From an uncultured Lentimicrobiaceae bacterium (GTDB lineage: Bacteria; Bacteroidota; Bacteroidia; Bacteroidales; UBA4417): a stretch of DNA of 64,000 nucleotides. A program made the translations under genes and the position numbers. The first letter of the stretch is position 1. Every line of letters begins with the position of its first letter. Shown in pieces: positions 10,290 through 19,687 of this stretch. The notes beneath the pieces are model-generated. The model was given only the letters and a program-made list of their open reading frames with translations. It was not told the origin of the DNA and did no database searches. The stretch covers positions 89,319-153,318 of the forward strand of contig CAZJCG010000002.1 of assembly GCA_964544545.1 (NCBI GenBank). The letters run 5' to 3'.

Positions 10290-10949
10290 TTAAAGGTTTA
10301 CCATATTATTCCGGATGGCAAACTTTACGAGGTCGACGGATGATTTCAGTTCCAACCGCTGCATGATATGATTTTTATGCGATTCGACTGTACGGATACT
10401 GATAAAAAGCTTGTCAGCTATTTCCTGATTCGAATGCCCTTCGGCGAAAAGCCGTAAAACTTCCAACTCCCTTTTGGATAAAAGGGCTTCCTTACCGCCA
10501 GGGTCATCAGGACCTGATTTCGCCTTCTTTATGTAGCTCTTCAGGATCACATTTGAAATAGATTCAGCATAGTACTCCTCCCCATTCCGGACAACCCGTA
10601 TAGCTTCGATCAGCTCCTTACGGGATGTGTTCTTGGGAAGGTATCCTTTCGCCCCGGCATTGATTGCGTTGAAGATGAATTCTTCGGAAGTATACATCGA
10701 AAGAATCAGCACACGGGTGGACGGATACTTTACCGTAATCCTGCGGGTGAGTTCGATGCCCGACATCCCGGGCATTGCAATGTCGAGGACGGCAACATCA
10801 GCCGTTTGTCGTTCAAGTAATTCAAGAAGTTCAGCACCATCAGATGCTTCTCCGACTATTTCAAAGCCTGGTTCACTCAGTAACAGATTGGCTATGCCGC
10901 TGCGTACAAGTTGATGGTCATCGGCCAGGATGATTCGAATGCTTTCCAT
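10290..10949 (-). CDS. response regulator, NarL/LuxR family
   Basis: Receiver domain (IILADDHQLV ... DIAMPGMSG) plus a LuxR HTH (LSKRELEVLRLFAEGHSNQEIADKLFISIRTVESHKNHI). It overlaps the upstream kinase gene by 32 nt. Confidence 0.92.
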   Translation of the reverse strand: MESIRIILADDHQLVRSGIANLLLSEPGFEIVGEASDGAELLELLERQTADVAVLDIAMPGMSGIELTRRITVKYPSTRVLILSMYTSEEFIFNAINAGAKGYLPKNTSRKELIEAIRVVRNGEEYYAESISNVILKSYIKKAKSGPDDPGGKEALLSKRELEVLRLFAEGHSNQEIADKLFISIRTVESHKNHIMQRLELKSSVDLVKFAIRNNMVNL

Positions 10950-11916
10950 TTGCCGTTTTGTAAGGGATGGTAATCTTTAATTGTGTACCTTTTTCGGGTT
11001 GGCTTCTCAGGTCGAAAGTACCATTCAGCAAGGCCACCCGCTCACGTATATTCTGTATTCCGTTACGGTGGGCATAACTGACGGGGTCAAATATAAAACC
11101 TTTTCCGTTGTCGCTTACAAGCAGGATAACCTCAGGACCCGCCCTGTGTATCTGAATATCCAGACGGCTTGCCCGCGCATGCTTGATTGTATTGGTAATT
11201 GCTTCCTGGGCTATCCGGTAAAGGTAGGTCTGTGAACGGCTGTCCAACCGCTCCACCGATCCTGTAGTCACGAATGAAACCTGAATTCCGGCAGCATTTG
11301 CCATCTCCTCACAGCGCGCACGCAAGGCCGTAATCAGGCCGAATTCATTCAACGCGGCAGGAAGTAAGGTGTTGGTCACCTTCCTCACCTCATCGATAGA
11401 CTGATCGATCATGCCCATGGCAACATCGACAGATGCCCTCATCTGCGAATAGCTTAGGTTCGCTGCACTCTCCAGTTGCAATTTCACTGCAATAAGCGAT
11501 TGCCCGACACCATCATGCAACTCGCGCGACAACCGGTGCCTTTCCTGATCCTGTCCGTCAATCACCGAACGCAGACGGTTCACACGCTCCTGCCTGAGTT
11601 CATCCCGCTGCTTCATCATCCTTACCGATACCTTCTCCAACGAATCCAGCATCCCGGATGCCGGGCTCTTTTGCTTATCAATCGGTTTACCCTCCTGCAA
11701 ATCCTGAATGGCTTTATCAACGGGATCCCATTCCTTCGATAATCTTTTACTGCCTGCATACAGAAACAACATCCATACTATTACACCTGACAGGGCCGCA
11801 ATAACAATCCATCCAACCTTTACTGACAGGAGAGTCATGAGGATGATTGCCGGAATAATTATTGCCGGCGGCAAAACAAACAGCAAGATCAGCTGTTTTG
11901 AAAGACAGTTACGCAT
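10918..11916 (-). CDS. sensor histidine kinase (HisKA_3 type) with two N-terminal TM helices and no obvious extracytoplasmic domain
   Basis: H-box ERHRLSRELHDGVGQ and ATPase boxes (NTIKHA, DNGKGF). It is paired with the NarL-type regulator. Confidence 0.9.
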   Translation of the reverse strand: MRNCLSKQLILLFVLPPAIIIPAIILMTLLSVKVGWIVIAALSGVIVWMLFLYAGSKRLSKEWDPVDKAIQDLQEGKPIDKQKSPASGMLDSLEKVSVRMMKQRDELRQERVNRLRSVIDGQDQERHRLSRELHDGVGQSLIAVKLQLESAANLSYSQMRASVDVAMGMIDQSIDEVRKVTNTLLPAALNEFGLITALRARCEEMANAAGIQVSFVTTGSVERLDSRSQTYLYRIAQEAITNTIKHARASRLDIQIHRAGPEVILLVSDNGKGFIFDPVSYAHRNGIQNIRERVALLNGTFDLRSQPEKGTQLKITIPYKTANGKHSNHPGR

Positions 11917-11935
11917 CTGTTCCGGTTCAGTTCAC

Positions 11936-11943
11936 CAAAAGTA
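11936..11943 (-). promoter_or_regulatory. -7 box TACTTTTG upstream of the kinase/regulator operon
   Basis: Perfect match on the minus strand, 20 nt before ATG 11916. It is divergent from a TGACTTTG near-match (11982-11989) in front of fldA. Confidence 0.45.
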
Positions 11944-12049
11944 ACCAGAAATGCGGGAAATTGAACTCTGCCGGTAGTATTTGACTTTGCGAAGACTGAC
12001 AGCTTACACCATCGGGATAAAATTAAAACAAGATCGAATCAGACTGAAA

Positions 12050-12571
12050 ATGGCAAAAATCGGAATTTTCTATGGCGGAAAAGATAACGGCACAACCGCA
12101 AAAGTGGCCAAAATGATACAGGAGAACCTGGGAAAAGGGCTGGCCGCCATCCATAATGTAAACACAGCTAAAACCAGTGATGTTGAAAAATATGAATTCC
12201 TGATCCTCGGCACTGCCGCCTGGGGTATCGGAGAGATGCACTCCGACTGGGAAAACTTTATCATTGAGTTGCTGGCAGCAGAATTGTCTTCAAAGAAGGT
12301 AGCCATATTCGGTCTTGGCGACCAGGTAGTATATCCGGAAAGTTTTGTCGACGGGATGGGAACCATTTTCTGCCGGCTTCCTTACAAACAGAATGTGGTC
12401 GGCTACACTTCAATCGAGGGCTACAAGTTCTACTATTCAACTGCAGAAAAAGACGGGCAGTTCGTAGGACTGGCCATCGACAACGACAGTCAGCCAGAGT
12501 TGACCACGAAGCGGGTAAATGACTGGGTGAAGCAGATCAGGAAAGAGTTCGGGGTCGATAAAATCAGTTAA
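12050..12571 (+). CDS. fldA: flavodoxin (long-chain)
   Basis: MAKIGIFYGGKDNGTTAKVA FMN-phosphate loop and about 173 aa counted from ATG 12050. The 5' extension in the ORF track starts at a TTG and looks non-coding. Confidence 0.88.
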   Translation: MAKIGIFYGGKDNGTTAKVAKMIQENLGKGLAAIHNVNTAKTSDVEKYEFLILGTAAWGIGEMHSDWENFIIELLAAELSSKKVAIFGLGDQVVYPESFVDGMGTIFCRLPYKQNVVGYTSIEGYKFYYSTAEKDGQFVGLAIDNDSQPELTTKRVNDWVKQIRKEFGVDKIS

Positions 12572-12648
12572 AAATGAAAAAATTATCTATATAGATATAT
12601 TTGAATAAAAAAAAGTCCCAACTTTGATCCCTCAAATTGTAAAGGGAC

Positions 12649-13017
12649 TTGGACATCCGGAAAAACAGGCTTACCCGCAGGCAGCGCCTCACTATTTATG
12701 TGTGGGCATTTGCTATGCTATGGCTGTATATCGGAAACATCATCAACTTTCACCAGCATCAAATCTGGGGGAAACAATTGTTACCCGTTGCCTGTACTTC
12801 CGTTCGCTCAAAGGGAAAGACCATAGGTGAAAACGGCAGCAAGACGTATACACTGGTTAATGACATTTCCGGAGCCGACGATGTCACTATCCTGTCAGGG
12901 CTTCATCTTCCAATACCTCATGAAGTCATTATCACCCAGGGACGTCCCCAATCCTCTTCTTTGATATCAGCTGCCTGTGGGCGGCTTCATCTTTTGCGCG
13001 CTCCTCCTGCCGCATAA
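12649..13017 (+). CDS. small hypothetical membrane protein (N-terminal TM helix, FHQH motif, C-terminal RAPPAA)
   Basis: The ORF track start is a TTG. It has a basic N-terminus followed by a TM helix (RRQRLTIYVWAFAMLWLYIGNIINFHQH). It sits first in the HmuY/TonB-receptor cluster. It resembles, from memory only, small Bacteroidota proteins with a His motif after the TM helix and a PP motif near the C-terminus. Confidence 0.4.
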   Translation: MDIRKNRLTRRQRLTIYVWAFAMLWLYIGNIINFHQHQIWGKQLLPVACTSVRSKGKTIGENGSKTYTLVNDISGADDVTILSGLHLPIPHEVIITQGRPQSSSLISAACGRLHLLRAPPAA

Positions 13018-13234
13018 CCCCATTCGCCTTTATAAATTCCCGGCTATCCGGCATGCTGCGATGCGACCGTTGTGTCCATCCTCGCAGATGTAAAATCTGA
13101 ACAGGCCATACAGGACTGTTCATCAAGGCAGCGAAACGCGAATCCTCCACAAATCAACACCAATTAAAAGCTTACCGACAAATCCGGGACGGAAACAGCA
13201 GACCTGGTTTCCGGTCTCATAAAAAATCAAAAAA

Positions 13235-14533
13235 ATGAAAAGAATTCTTACGCTATTTACTGTTTTATCAGCTGTTTTCTTTCTTGACCTTCCCGGGAAA
13301 GCCCAAACGCCGGGCATCATTACCGACACTGTCACCATGGGCCCCGGTTACGTTAACGAGATATATTACAGCATGGCCAATGGCAACACGGGTGCAGTAA
13401 ACCGCAAACAATGGGACATTGCTTTTCGAGCATCCCGTATGAGTGCCAGCATCCTGACAAATGACGCCGCAAACAACAATCCCATAGGATTAAACGGGGT
13501 TGAGCTTTACACCTATGGTAATTCCGACACCAGCGGATGGGCTACCTTCGATACCACCGGACTTTCTACATGGAAATTGCTTGTGAATTCAACTACTGAT
13601 TGGGAAACGGGAGCATTCTGCCAGAATCAGCTCGGTCACCCTGATTATGGATGGGGTCGCTACAATTCAGCATCACACGATGTGGTTGGTGATTCGCTTT
13701 ACCTGATAAAACTGCGCGACGGAAGTCTCCGTAAACTCTGGATCATGCGGAAATATTCAAGCCTCAACACTTATGAATTCCGCTATGCAAATCTGGACGG
13801 CAGCGGAGATACAACTGTTGTCCTTGACTGCAATCCTTATTCCGACAAAAATTTCGTCGGCTTCTCTCTCACAACCAACCAGGTGGTTGATTTTGAGCCT
13901 GTTTCTTCAACCGATTGGGACATACTGTTCACCAAATATATGTACACCTATCCCGACGGAGTATTATACCCTGTGACAGGAGTGCTCAGCAACTATGATA
14001 TCAAGGTTAATAAGTTCGAACATGTGGCTCCGGATTTCCGGGCCTTCGATCCGGCTGCCATGGATTCAAGCCGGTCGGCCATAGGCTGGGACTGGAAATA
14101 CCTGGATGGCAGTTTTGTTTACCATGTCGTGGATTCGCTGATGTACTTTGTACAGGACAAGTCAGGGAATATCCACCGGCTGGTTTTCAAAGAGTTTGCC
14201 GGTTCATCGACAGGAAGGATCGTACTGCAGAAAGAACTCATCTCCCTGGCCGGTATCGACGACCGTACTTCACTGTCAGCCAACCTGGGAATCTATCCGA
14301 ATCCGGCTGTTTATGAAGCAAATCTCGTATTAAATCCCGGCAATTCCCGCACAGTCCGGATTGTTATATCCGACCTGACGGGTCGCCTCGCCTGGAACGA
14401 AGAATACAATGTAAACCGCAATGAACTGAATACTGTCAAAATTCCTTTAGAGTCGTTTTCGGGAGGAGTATACCTTCTGACGGTCACAACCGGGGAACAA
14501 CGATTGACAGGTAAACTGATTGTAAGGAATTAA
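13235..14533 (+). CDS. HmuY-like protein with type A T9SS C-terminal sorting domain
   Basis: Signal peptide. EIYYSMANGNTGAVNRKQWDIAFRA matches the HmuY-family Y..F/WD(I/L)AF pattern. The C-terminus LGIYPNPAVYEANL...GGVYLLTVTTGEQRLTGKLIV is a T9SS CTD. Confidence 0.7.
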   Translation: MKRILTLFTVLSAVFFLDLPGKAQTPGIITDTVTMGPGYVNEIYYSMANGNTGAVNRKQWDIAFRASRMSASILTNDAANNNPIGLNGVELYTYGNSDTSGWATFDTTGLSTWKLLVNSTTDWETGAFCQNQLGHPDYGWGRYNSASHDVVGDSLYLIKLRDGSLRKLWIMRKYSSLNTYEFRYANLDGSGDTTVVLDCNPYSDKNFVGFSLTTNQVVDFEPVSSTDWDILFTKYMYTYPDGVLYPVTGVLSNYDIKVNKFEHVAPDFRAFDPAAMDSSRSAIGWDWKYLDGSFVYHVVDSLMYFVQDKSGNIHRLVFKEFAGSSTGRIVLQKELISLAGIDDRTSLSANLGIYPNPAVYEANLVLNPGNSRTVRIVISDLTGRLAWNEEYNVNRNELNTVKIPLESFSGGVYLLTVTTGEQRLTGKLIVRN

Positions 14534-14541
14534 TATATACA

Positions 14542-16767
14542 GTGTTGTTTATCCGATCATTAGGGTTAATGGCATTCCTGCTGGCCGGGCTGATCACCTG
14601 GGCCCAGCAGGGTGCCATTATTGTTCGCGATGCCAAGACAGGTGAGACCATACCTTCGGCTCATGTTTGCTTTGAAGGGCTTACTTCCGGCAAGGTAAAA
14701 CATTGCATCACTGACCTGAACGGCAAGGCTGTCAACGATTTAAATGAACAAACCAGACTGGCTGTTTCGTACGTAGGCTACGAAACATTTCTCGACACGG
14801 TGCCTGCTTCCAAAGCGATCACGATAGACCTGAAACCAGCCATACTCAACATGAGCGAGGTAGTTGTCACGGCTCAGTTCACACCTGAGCGGGCCGACCG
14901 TTCCATCTACCGTGTCAATGTGATCAATAGCCGGCAAATTGAGCAAAAAGCTGCCACCAGCTTAAATGACCTTCTGGCCGGCGAGAGTAATATGCGCATA
15001 TCACAAGGAGGAGTTCTCGGTTCCAGCCTGAGCATGCAAGGGCTTTCCGGCGAAAATGTCAAGTTCCTGATTGACGGTATCCCCGTTGTAGGCCGGATGA
15101 ACGGCAACATCGACCTGAACCAGATGAACCTGTACAATGTTGATCACGTAGAGGTGATCGAAGGACCTATGTCGGTGGTATATGGCAGCAATGCCATTGC
15201 CGGTGTGATCAATATCATAACCAAAGAAAACAAATCGGCTGCATTCTCCTCTTTTGCCAATGCTTACCACGAGTCGATCGGAGTATATAACTTCGATGCA
15301 GGAGTAAGTCAAAGAGTGAAAAAGCACTTATTTTCGCTGAATGCCGCTAGGAATTTTTTCGGTGGCGCAGCCGATACCGGCATATCTCGCAACCAGCGAT
15401 GGAAACCCAGACGGCAATACAATGCCGATGGCTATTACTTGTATACAGGGGGAAAATTCAGATTAAAAGCCAGCGGTCAATACTTCAACGAACTGCTTCT
15501 GGATAAGGGGCCTCTTCTCCTTCCCTATTTCGAGAGCGCATTCGACAATCATTTTACCACCATCAGGACAACCGGTAAACTTGAAACCTCCTATTCCTCC
15601 GGCAAAGACCGGCAATGGAACCTGATTGCTGCCTATTCGGGCTATAGCCGGATAAAAAACCGCTACCTCAAAGACCTGACTACGCTGGAACAAGTCCTCA
15701 CTCCAAATGCTGATGACCAGGACACAACACTCATTAGCAATACACTTCTCAGAGCCTGGTATAACCGGAATAATCAGGACAAACAACTGAATTACCAGGC
15801 CGGGCTTGACCTGAACCTGGAATCGGGCAGCGGCAAACGCATCAGGGACGAAAAACAGGAAATCGGTGATTATGCAGCCTTTGCTACGTTAAAATATAAT
15901 CCGCTGAAGAATTTATCTGTTCAGCCAGGTGTGCGTGCCATGTATAATACTAAATATGCTGCCCCGCTCATATTCTCCATGAATATTAAGTGGACCCCAG
16001 CGGCGAACTGGGCTTTGCGAACAACCTATGCCCGCGGTTTCAAAGCTCCGGCACTGAAAGAGCTTTATCTTTATTTCGTCGATATCAATCACAATGTTCA
16101 GGGCAATCCGGACCTGAAAGCTGAATACTCACACAACGTCAACCTGAACCTCAGTTACAACAAGGAAACAACACGATCCTACCTGAATGCTGAGGCTGGT
16201 ATCTTCTACAATAATATCAACAACAACATAACGCTGGCCCCGGAAGGCGGAGACCTGTACACTTACGTTAATATCGGTAAATATATCTCCGAAGGCCTGC
16301 AGATGAACATCACCTGGAGCCTTTACCCGGGGATCACGGCAAAAACAGGTTTCACTGCTTCAGGACAGGCCTTTGCCTTTGACCGCGATGGCATCCGCAA
16401 TGCAACTTACTATTGGAGCAAGGACTTCACCGGAAGCCTTGTATTGAAACCGCAAAAACTGCATGTCACGATCTCTGCATATTACAAATACACTGGAAAG
16501 GCGCCCCAGGTAATTCCCAACGACAATAAGACTATTTCCGTCGGGTGGGTGAACGACTTCAACACCCTCGACTTGTCCATTCTGAAGCCCTTTTTAAACA
16601 ACCGTCTGAACGTTTCTCTGGGCGGGAAAAACCTCTTTAACGTGAAGACTGTTCCGGCGATCGGTGCCGGTGGCGGCGCCCATTCCGGAAACAGCGATTC
16701 GGTCAATGTAGCCTGGGGCAGGACCTGGTATGTAAAAATCTCCTGCAATTTCAACCGGTACAAATGA
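14542..16767 (+). CDS. TonB-dependent outer-membrane receptor (CarboxypepD_reg-like N-domain, plug, barrel)
   Basis: GAIIVRDAKTGETIPSAHVCF (regulatory-like domain), plug region IEVIEGPMSVVYGSNAIAGVINIITK, and a long beta-rich C-terminal part. The start is GTG at 14542; an alternative ATG lies at 14569. Confidence 0.88.
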   Translation: MLFIRSLGLMAFLLAGLITWAQQGAIIVRDAKTGETIPSAHVCFEGLTSGKVKHCITDLNGKAVNDLNEQTRLAVSYVGYETFLDTVPASKAITIDLKPAILNMSEVVVTAQFTPERADRSIYRVNVINSRQIEQKAATSLNDLLAGESNMRISQGGVLGSSLSMQGLSGENVKFLIDGIPVVGRMNGNIDLNQMNLYNVDHVEVIEGPMSVVYGSNAIAGVINIITKENKSAAFSSFANAYHESIGVYNFDAGVSQRVKKHLFSLNAARNFFGGAADTGISRNQRWKPRRQYNADGYYLYTGGKFRLKASGQYFNELLLDKGPLLLPYFESAFDNHFTTIRTTGKLETSYSSGKDRQWNLIAAYSGYSRIKNRYLKDLTTLEQVLTPNADDQDTTLISNTLLRAWYNRNNQDKQLNYQAGLDLNLESGSGKRIRDEKQEIGDYAAFATLKYNPLKNLSVQPGVRAMYNTKYAAPLIFSMNIKWTPAANWALRTTYARGFKAPALKELYLYFVDINHNVQGNPDLKAEYSHNVNLNLSYNKETTRSYLNAEAGIFYNNINNNITLAPEGGDLYTYVNIGKYISEGLQMNITWSLYPGITAKTGFTASGQAFAFDRDGIRNATYYWSKDFTGSLVLKPQKLHVTISAYYKYTGKAPQVIPNDNKTISVGWVNDFNTLDLSILKPFLNNRLNVSLGGKNLFNVKTVPAIGAGGGAHSGNSDSVNVAWGRTWYVKISCNFNRYK

Positions 16768-17768
16768 AGAAAACTATCTTATTGCTGAGCTGGGCTTTCC
16801 TCGTCCTGTCAACGACCTCTTGTTTCAAGGAGGATGAGAAGATTCTGCCGCATCAGCCGGGAAATACGATCATCGATACTATTACTCTCACCAATTCCTA
16901 TAAGTACCAGGCATATTATGATCTGGAAAGCAGCGTGACTGTTCAGTCGGATCTTCGTAAGCGCTGGGATCTCGGCTTTGAATCGACCCCTTCAGGCTTG
17001 CGCATACGACTTAACACCAGTTGCTTTATGTATGCTGCTTCTATTGGAAATCAGACATTTGGACAACCTGCCGATACCACGGCTGCGGAATGGAAATTCG
17101 ATGATTCAAACGGGAACAATGAATCCACTGCCATAGGAAACTGGTTTTCGCTCGAAGGCACCGATACTGTATCCAACGGTAACTTATATCTGATCAACTG
17201 TGGCATTGATGAAGGAGGTAATCCCCGCGGATTCAGGCAACTGGTGATCGACAGCCTGTCGGGCGGAGTCTATTACTTCCGGGCGGCCAACTTCGATGGC
17301 AGCAATCCAAAGAACTATTCTCTCGAAAAGCAGGCAGGCAGGAACTATATCCATTTCAGCTTCAGGGAAGAATACGGATGCCCGCAGGAACCGGTAAATC
17401 AGGGCTGGGATCTTCTCTTTACACAATATACGACCTTGTTGTACACCGATCTGGGCGAGCCTTATCCCTATCTCGTCACCGGAGTACTGATCAATCCGCT
17501 TTTAGTTGCCGTTGCTGCCGATACCATTCATCCGTTCGATGCAATCACCTATGAAACTGCCTCCTCCCTTGATTTCTCAAGCCAGCAGGATTTTATCGGA
17601 TACAACTGGAAATACTACGATTTTGATACCGGCTCTTACACCGTAAAACTGGACAAGATCTATATCATTCGTAACAGGGACGGCTTTCTCTTTAAGCTAC
17701 GATTCCTTGGATTTTATAATGAAAAAGGAGAAAAAGGATTCCCAACCATCGAATACCAGCGGCTCTGA
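16764..17768 (+). CDS. HmuY-like lipoprotein
   Basis: Lipoprotein signal MKKTILLLSWAFLVLSTTSC, YQAYYDLESS...RKRWDLGFES, and a C-terminal FLFKLRFLGFYNEKGEKGFPTIEY resembling the HmuY C-terminus. An ATGA overlap couples it to the receptor gene. Confidence 0.7.
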   Translation: MKKTILLLSWAFLVLSTTSCFKEDEKILPHQPGNTIIDTITLTNSYKYQAYYDLESSVTVQSDLRKRWDLGFESTPSGLRIRLNTSCFMYAASIGNQTFGQPADTTAAEWKFDDSNGNNESTAIGNWFSLEGTDTVSNGNLYLINCGIDEGGNPRGFRQLVIDSLSGGVYYFRAANFDGSNPKNYSLEKQAGRNYIHFSFREEYGCPQEPVNQGWDLLFTQYTTLLYTDLGEPYPYLVTGVLINPLLVAVAADTIHPFDAITYETASSLDFSSQQDFIGYNWKYYDFDTGSYTVKLDKIYIIRNRDGFLFKLRFLGFYNEKGEKGFPTIEYQRL

Positions 17769-17833
17769 CTCTGAATATCTTTTCCGGAACCTTGCCCCGG
17801 GATTCAGGATTAGTCAAAATGCTCAAATTAACG

Positions 17834-17841
17834 TATGTTTG
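17834..17841 (+). promoter_or_regulatory. -7 box TATGTTTG upstream of the M28 peptidase gene
   Basis: Perfect match, 24 nt before ATG 17865. This supports the internal start. Confidence 0.45.
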
Positions 17842-17864
17842 CCACCAATTTGCCTGAAACGCAT

Positions 17865-19676
17865 ATGAAAATCCGACTTGTTGCTATCACCCTTCTGCTT
17901 CTTTTTGCCGTGACCTCTGTTTTTACACAGGGCATTACAACTGTCGCTAAAGAAAAATGGTCGGTTGAAATCACCCCGGCCGATCTTCAACATCAGATTG
18001 GATTTCTTGCTTCCGATTCCCTGAAAGGACGCAAACCCGGGATGCCTGAAGAAGTAATTGCTGCCGGTTATATTCGTGATCAATTCAAAAATGCCGGATT
18101 AATATTATTGGGAAAGGAAGGATTTCAGGAATTCGAACTGGTGTCAGATATCATTGCCGGCGACAACAATTCCCTGGTGATTGATGGAACTCCGGCCCTT
18201 CTCAATAAAGATTTTACGCCGCTTTCTTTTTCATCCAACGGCACCGTTTCCGCTCAGGCTGTATTTGCCGGATATGGATTCGAGCTCGATCTTGATTCAC
18301 TCAAATGGAACGATTATGCCGGAATGGACGTGAAAGGCAAGTGGGTAATGATCCTTCGGGGAGATCCGGAACCGGATAAGCCTAACAGTCTTTTCCTTTC
18401 GTACGAACAGGAACGTACCAAAGTACTTACGGCTAAAGATAAGGGTGCCGTTGGTGTGCTCTTTGTCACTCCTTCGGATATTGACAAAGAAGACGTCCTG
18501 ATGCATATTCAGTATGACAAAACACCGGCAGATGCCGGCATTCCGGTTTTCCATATCACCCGCAGCCTGGCCGACCGTATTCTGGCCTCCATGAACTATT
18601 CACTGTCCGACCTGGAAACGTCCATTAAAAGCAATCATGCGCCCTCCAGCCTGTTTTTACCGGTTGAGATCAGGGGCACAGCAGATGTCATCCAGCATAA
18701 GGTCAAGACCAACAATGTGGTTGGAATGATCCGCGGGAATGATCCCGTGCTGAGCCAGGAATATATTCTTATTGGTGCACACTATGATCACCTCGGCTGG
18801 GGCGGCGAAAACTCAGGTTCCAGGGTGCCGGATGAACATGCCGTCCACAATGGAGCCGATGACAATGCCTCAGGCACAGCCGGACTGATAGAACTGGCAC
18901 AGAAACTTCAATCCGAAGCATCCGCCCTTAAGCGAAGCATCATGTTCGTGGCATTTACCGGAGAAGAGATGGGCCTTCTGGGCTCCAAGGAGTTCGTCAG
19001 AAACCCTCCCGTCAGCCTGAAACAGGTGAAAGCCATGATCAACATGGATATGATCGGCCGTATGAACCCCGACAGCAAATTAATCAGCGTTGGGGGAACC
19101 GGGACCTCTGCCGAAAGTGATACCATCATCGCCACATTATCACTCGGAAGGCCCTTCAAAGTCAGCCGCACTCCCGATGGCTACGGACCTTCCGATCACG
19201 CTGCTTTCTACAGTGAAAATATTCCCGTATTCTATTTCACCACCGGAGCGCATGAAGATTACCATACTCCTGCCGATGATGCGTCGAAGATCGACTACCA
19301 GGGAGAAACCGAGGTACTCGGAATGGTTCATGACCTGACCGTTCTTCTGGCCGCAAGGCCCGAACCCCTTGTATTCCGCGAAGCAGGCAGTAAACAGGGC
19401 GCTCGTTACGGACGTGGCCTCAAGGTCACCCTTGGGATCATCCCGGATATGGTTTCGACCGATAACAAAGGCCTCCGCGTGGACGGCACCCGGAAAGGCG
19501 GTCCCGCCGAACGGTCCGGGATCCGGAAAGGTGATGTGATCACTTCACTGGATGGACAACCTGTTACTAACATCTACGATTATATGGCCCGGTTGAGCAA
19601 ACTTAAACCTGGCCAGGTTACCTCGGTTGAACTCCTGCGCGATGGCAGGAAAGAGGTGGTGATCGTACAGTTTTAA
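17865..19676 (+). CDS. M28-family zinc aminopeptidase with PA-like insert and C-terminal PDZ domain
   Basis: HYDHLG, NGADDNASG, FTGEEMGLLGS, NMDMIG and SDH zinc-ligand motifs. PDZ: GLRVDGTRKGGPAERSGIRKGDVITSLDGQPV. The signal peptide begins at ATG 17865. Confidence 0.85.
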   Translation: MKIRLVAITLLLLFAVTSVFTQGITTVAKEKWSVEITPADLQHQIGFLASDSLKGRKPGMPEEVIAAGYIRDQFKNAGLILLGKEGFQEFELVSDIIAGDNNSLVIDGTPALLNKDFTPLSFSSNGTVSAQAVFAGYGFELDLDSLKWNDYAGMDVKGKWVMILRGDPEPDKPNSLFLSYEQERTKVLTAKDKGAVGVLFVTPSDIDKEDVLMHIQYDKTPADAGIPVFHITRSLADRILASMNYSLSDLETSIKSNHAPSSLFLPVEIRGTADVIQHKVKTNNVVGMIRGNDPVLSQEYILIGAHYDHLGWGGENSGSRVPDEHAVHNGADDNASGTAGLIELAQKLQSEASALKRSIMFVAFTGEEMGLLGSKEFVRNPPVSLKQVKAMINMDMIGRMNPDSKLISVGGTGTSAESDTIIATLSLGRPFKVSRTPDGYGPSDHAAFYSENIPVFYFTTGAHEDYHTPADDASKIDYQGETEVLGMVHDLTVLLAARPEPLVFREAGSKQGARYGRGLKVTLGIIPDMVSTDNKGLRVDGTRKGGPAERSGIRKGDVITSLDGQPVTNIYDYMARLSKLKPGQVTSVELLRDGRKEVVIVQF

Positions 19677-19687
19677 TTTAAGAGAAT

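Noticed and set aside
12790-12905. Cobalamin-riboswitch-like fragments (AAAGGGAAAGACCATAGGTGAAAA and GTCACTATCCTGTCAGGG) upstream of the HmuY/TonB-receptor genes
   Set aside because: Only short pieces resemble the GGGAA/GGTGAAA core. There is no proper B12 box (GCCACTG ... GGGAAGGC) and no CCCGC-ACTGT segment. The stretch lies inside the candidate small ORF and 330 nt from the next start codon. An Rfam RF00174 scan would settle it.
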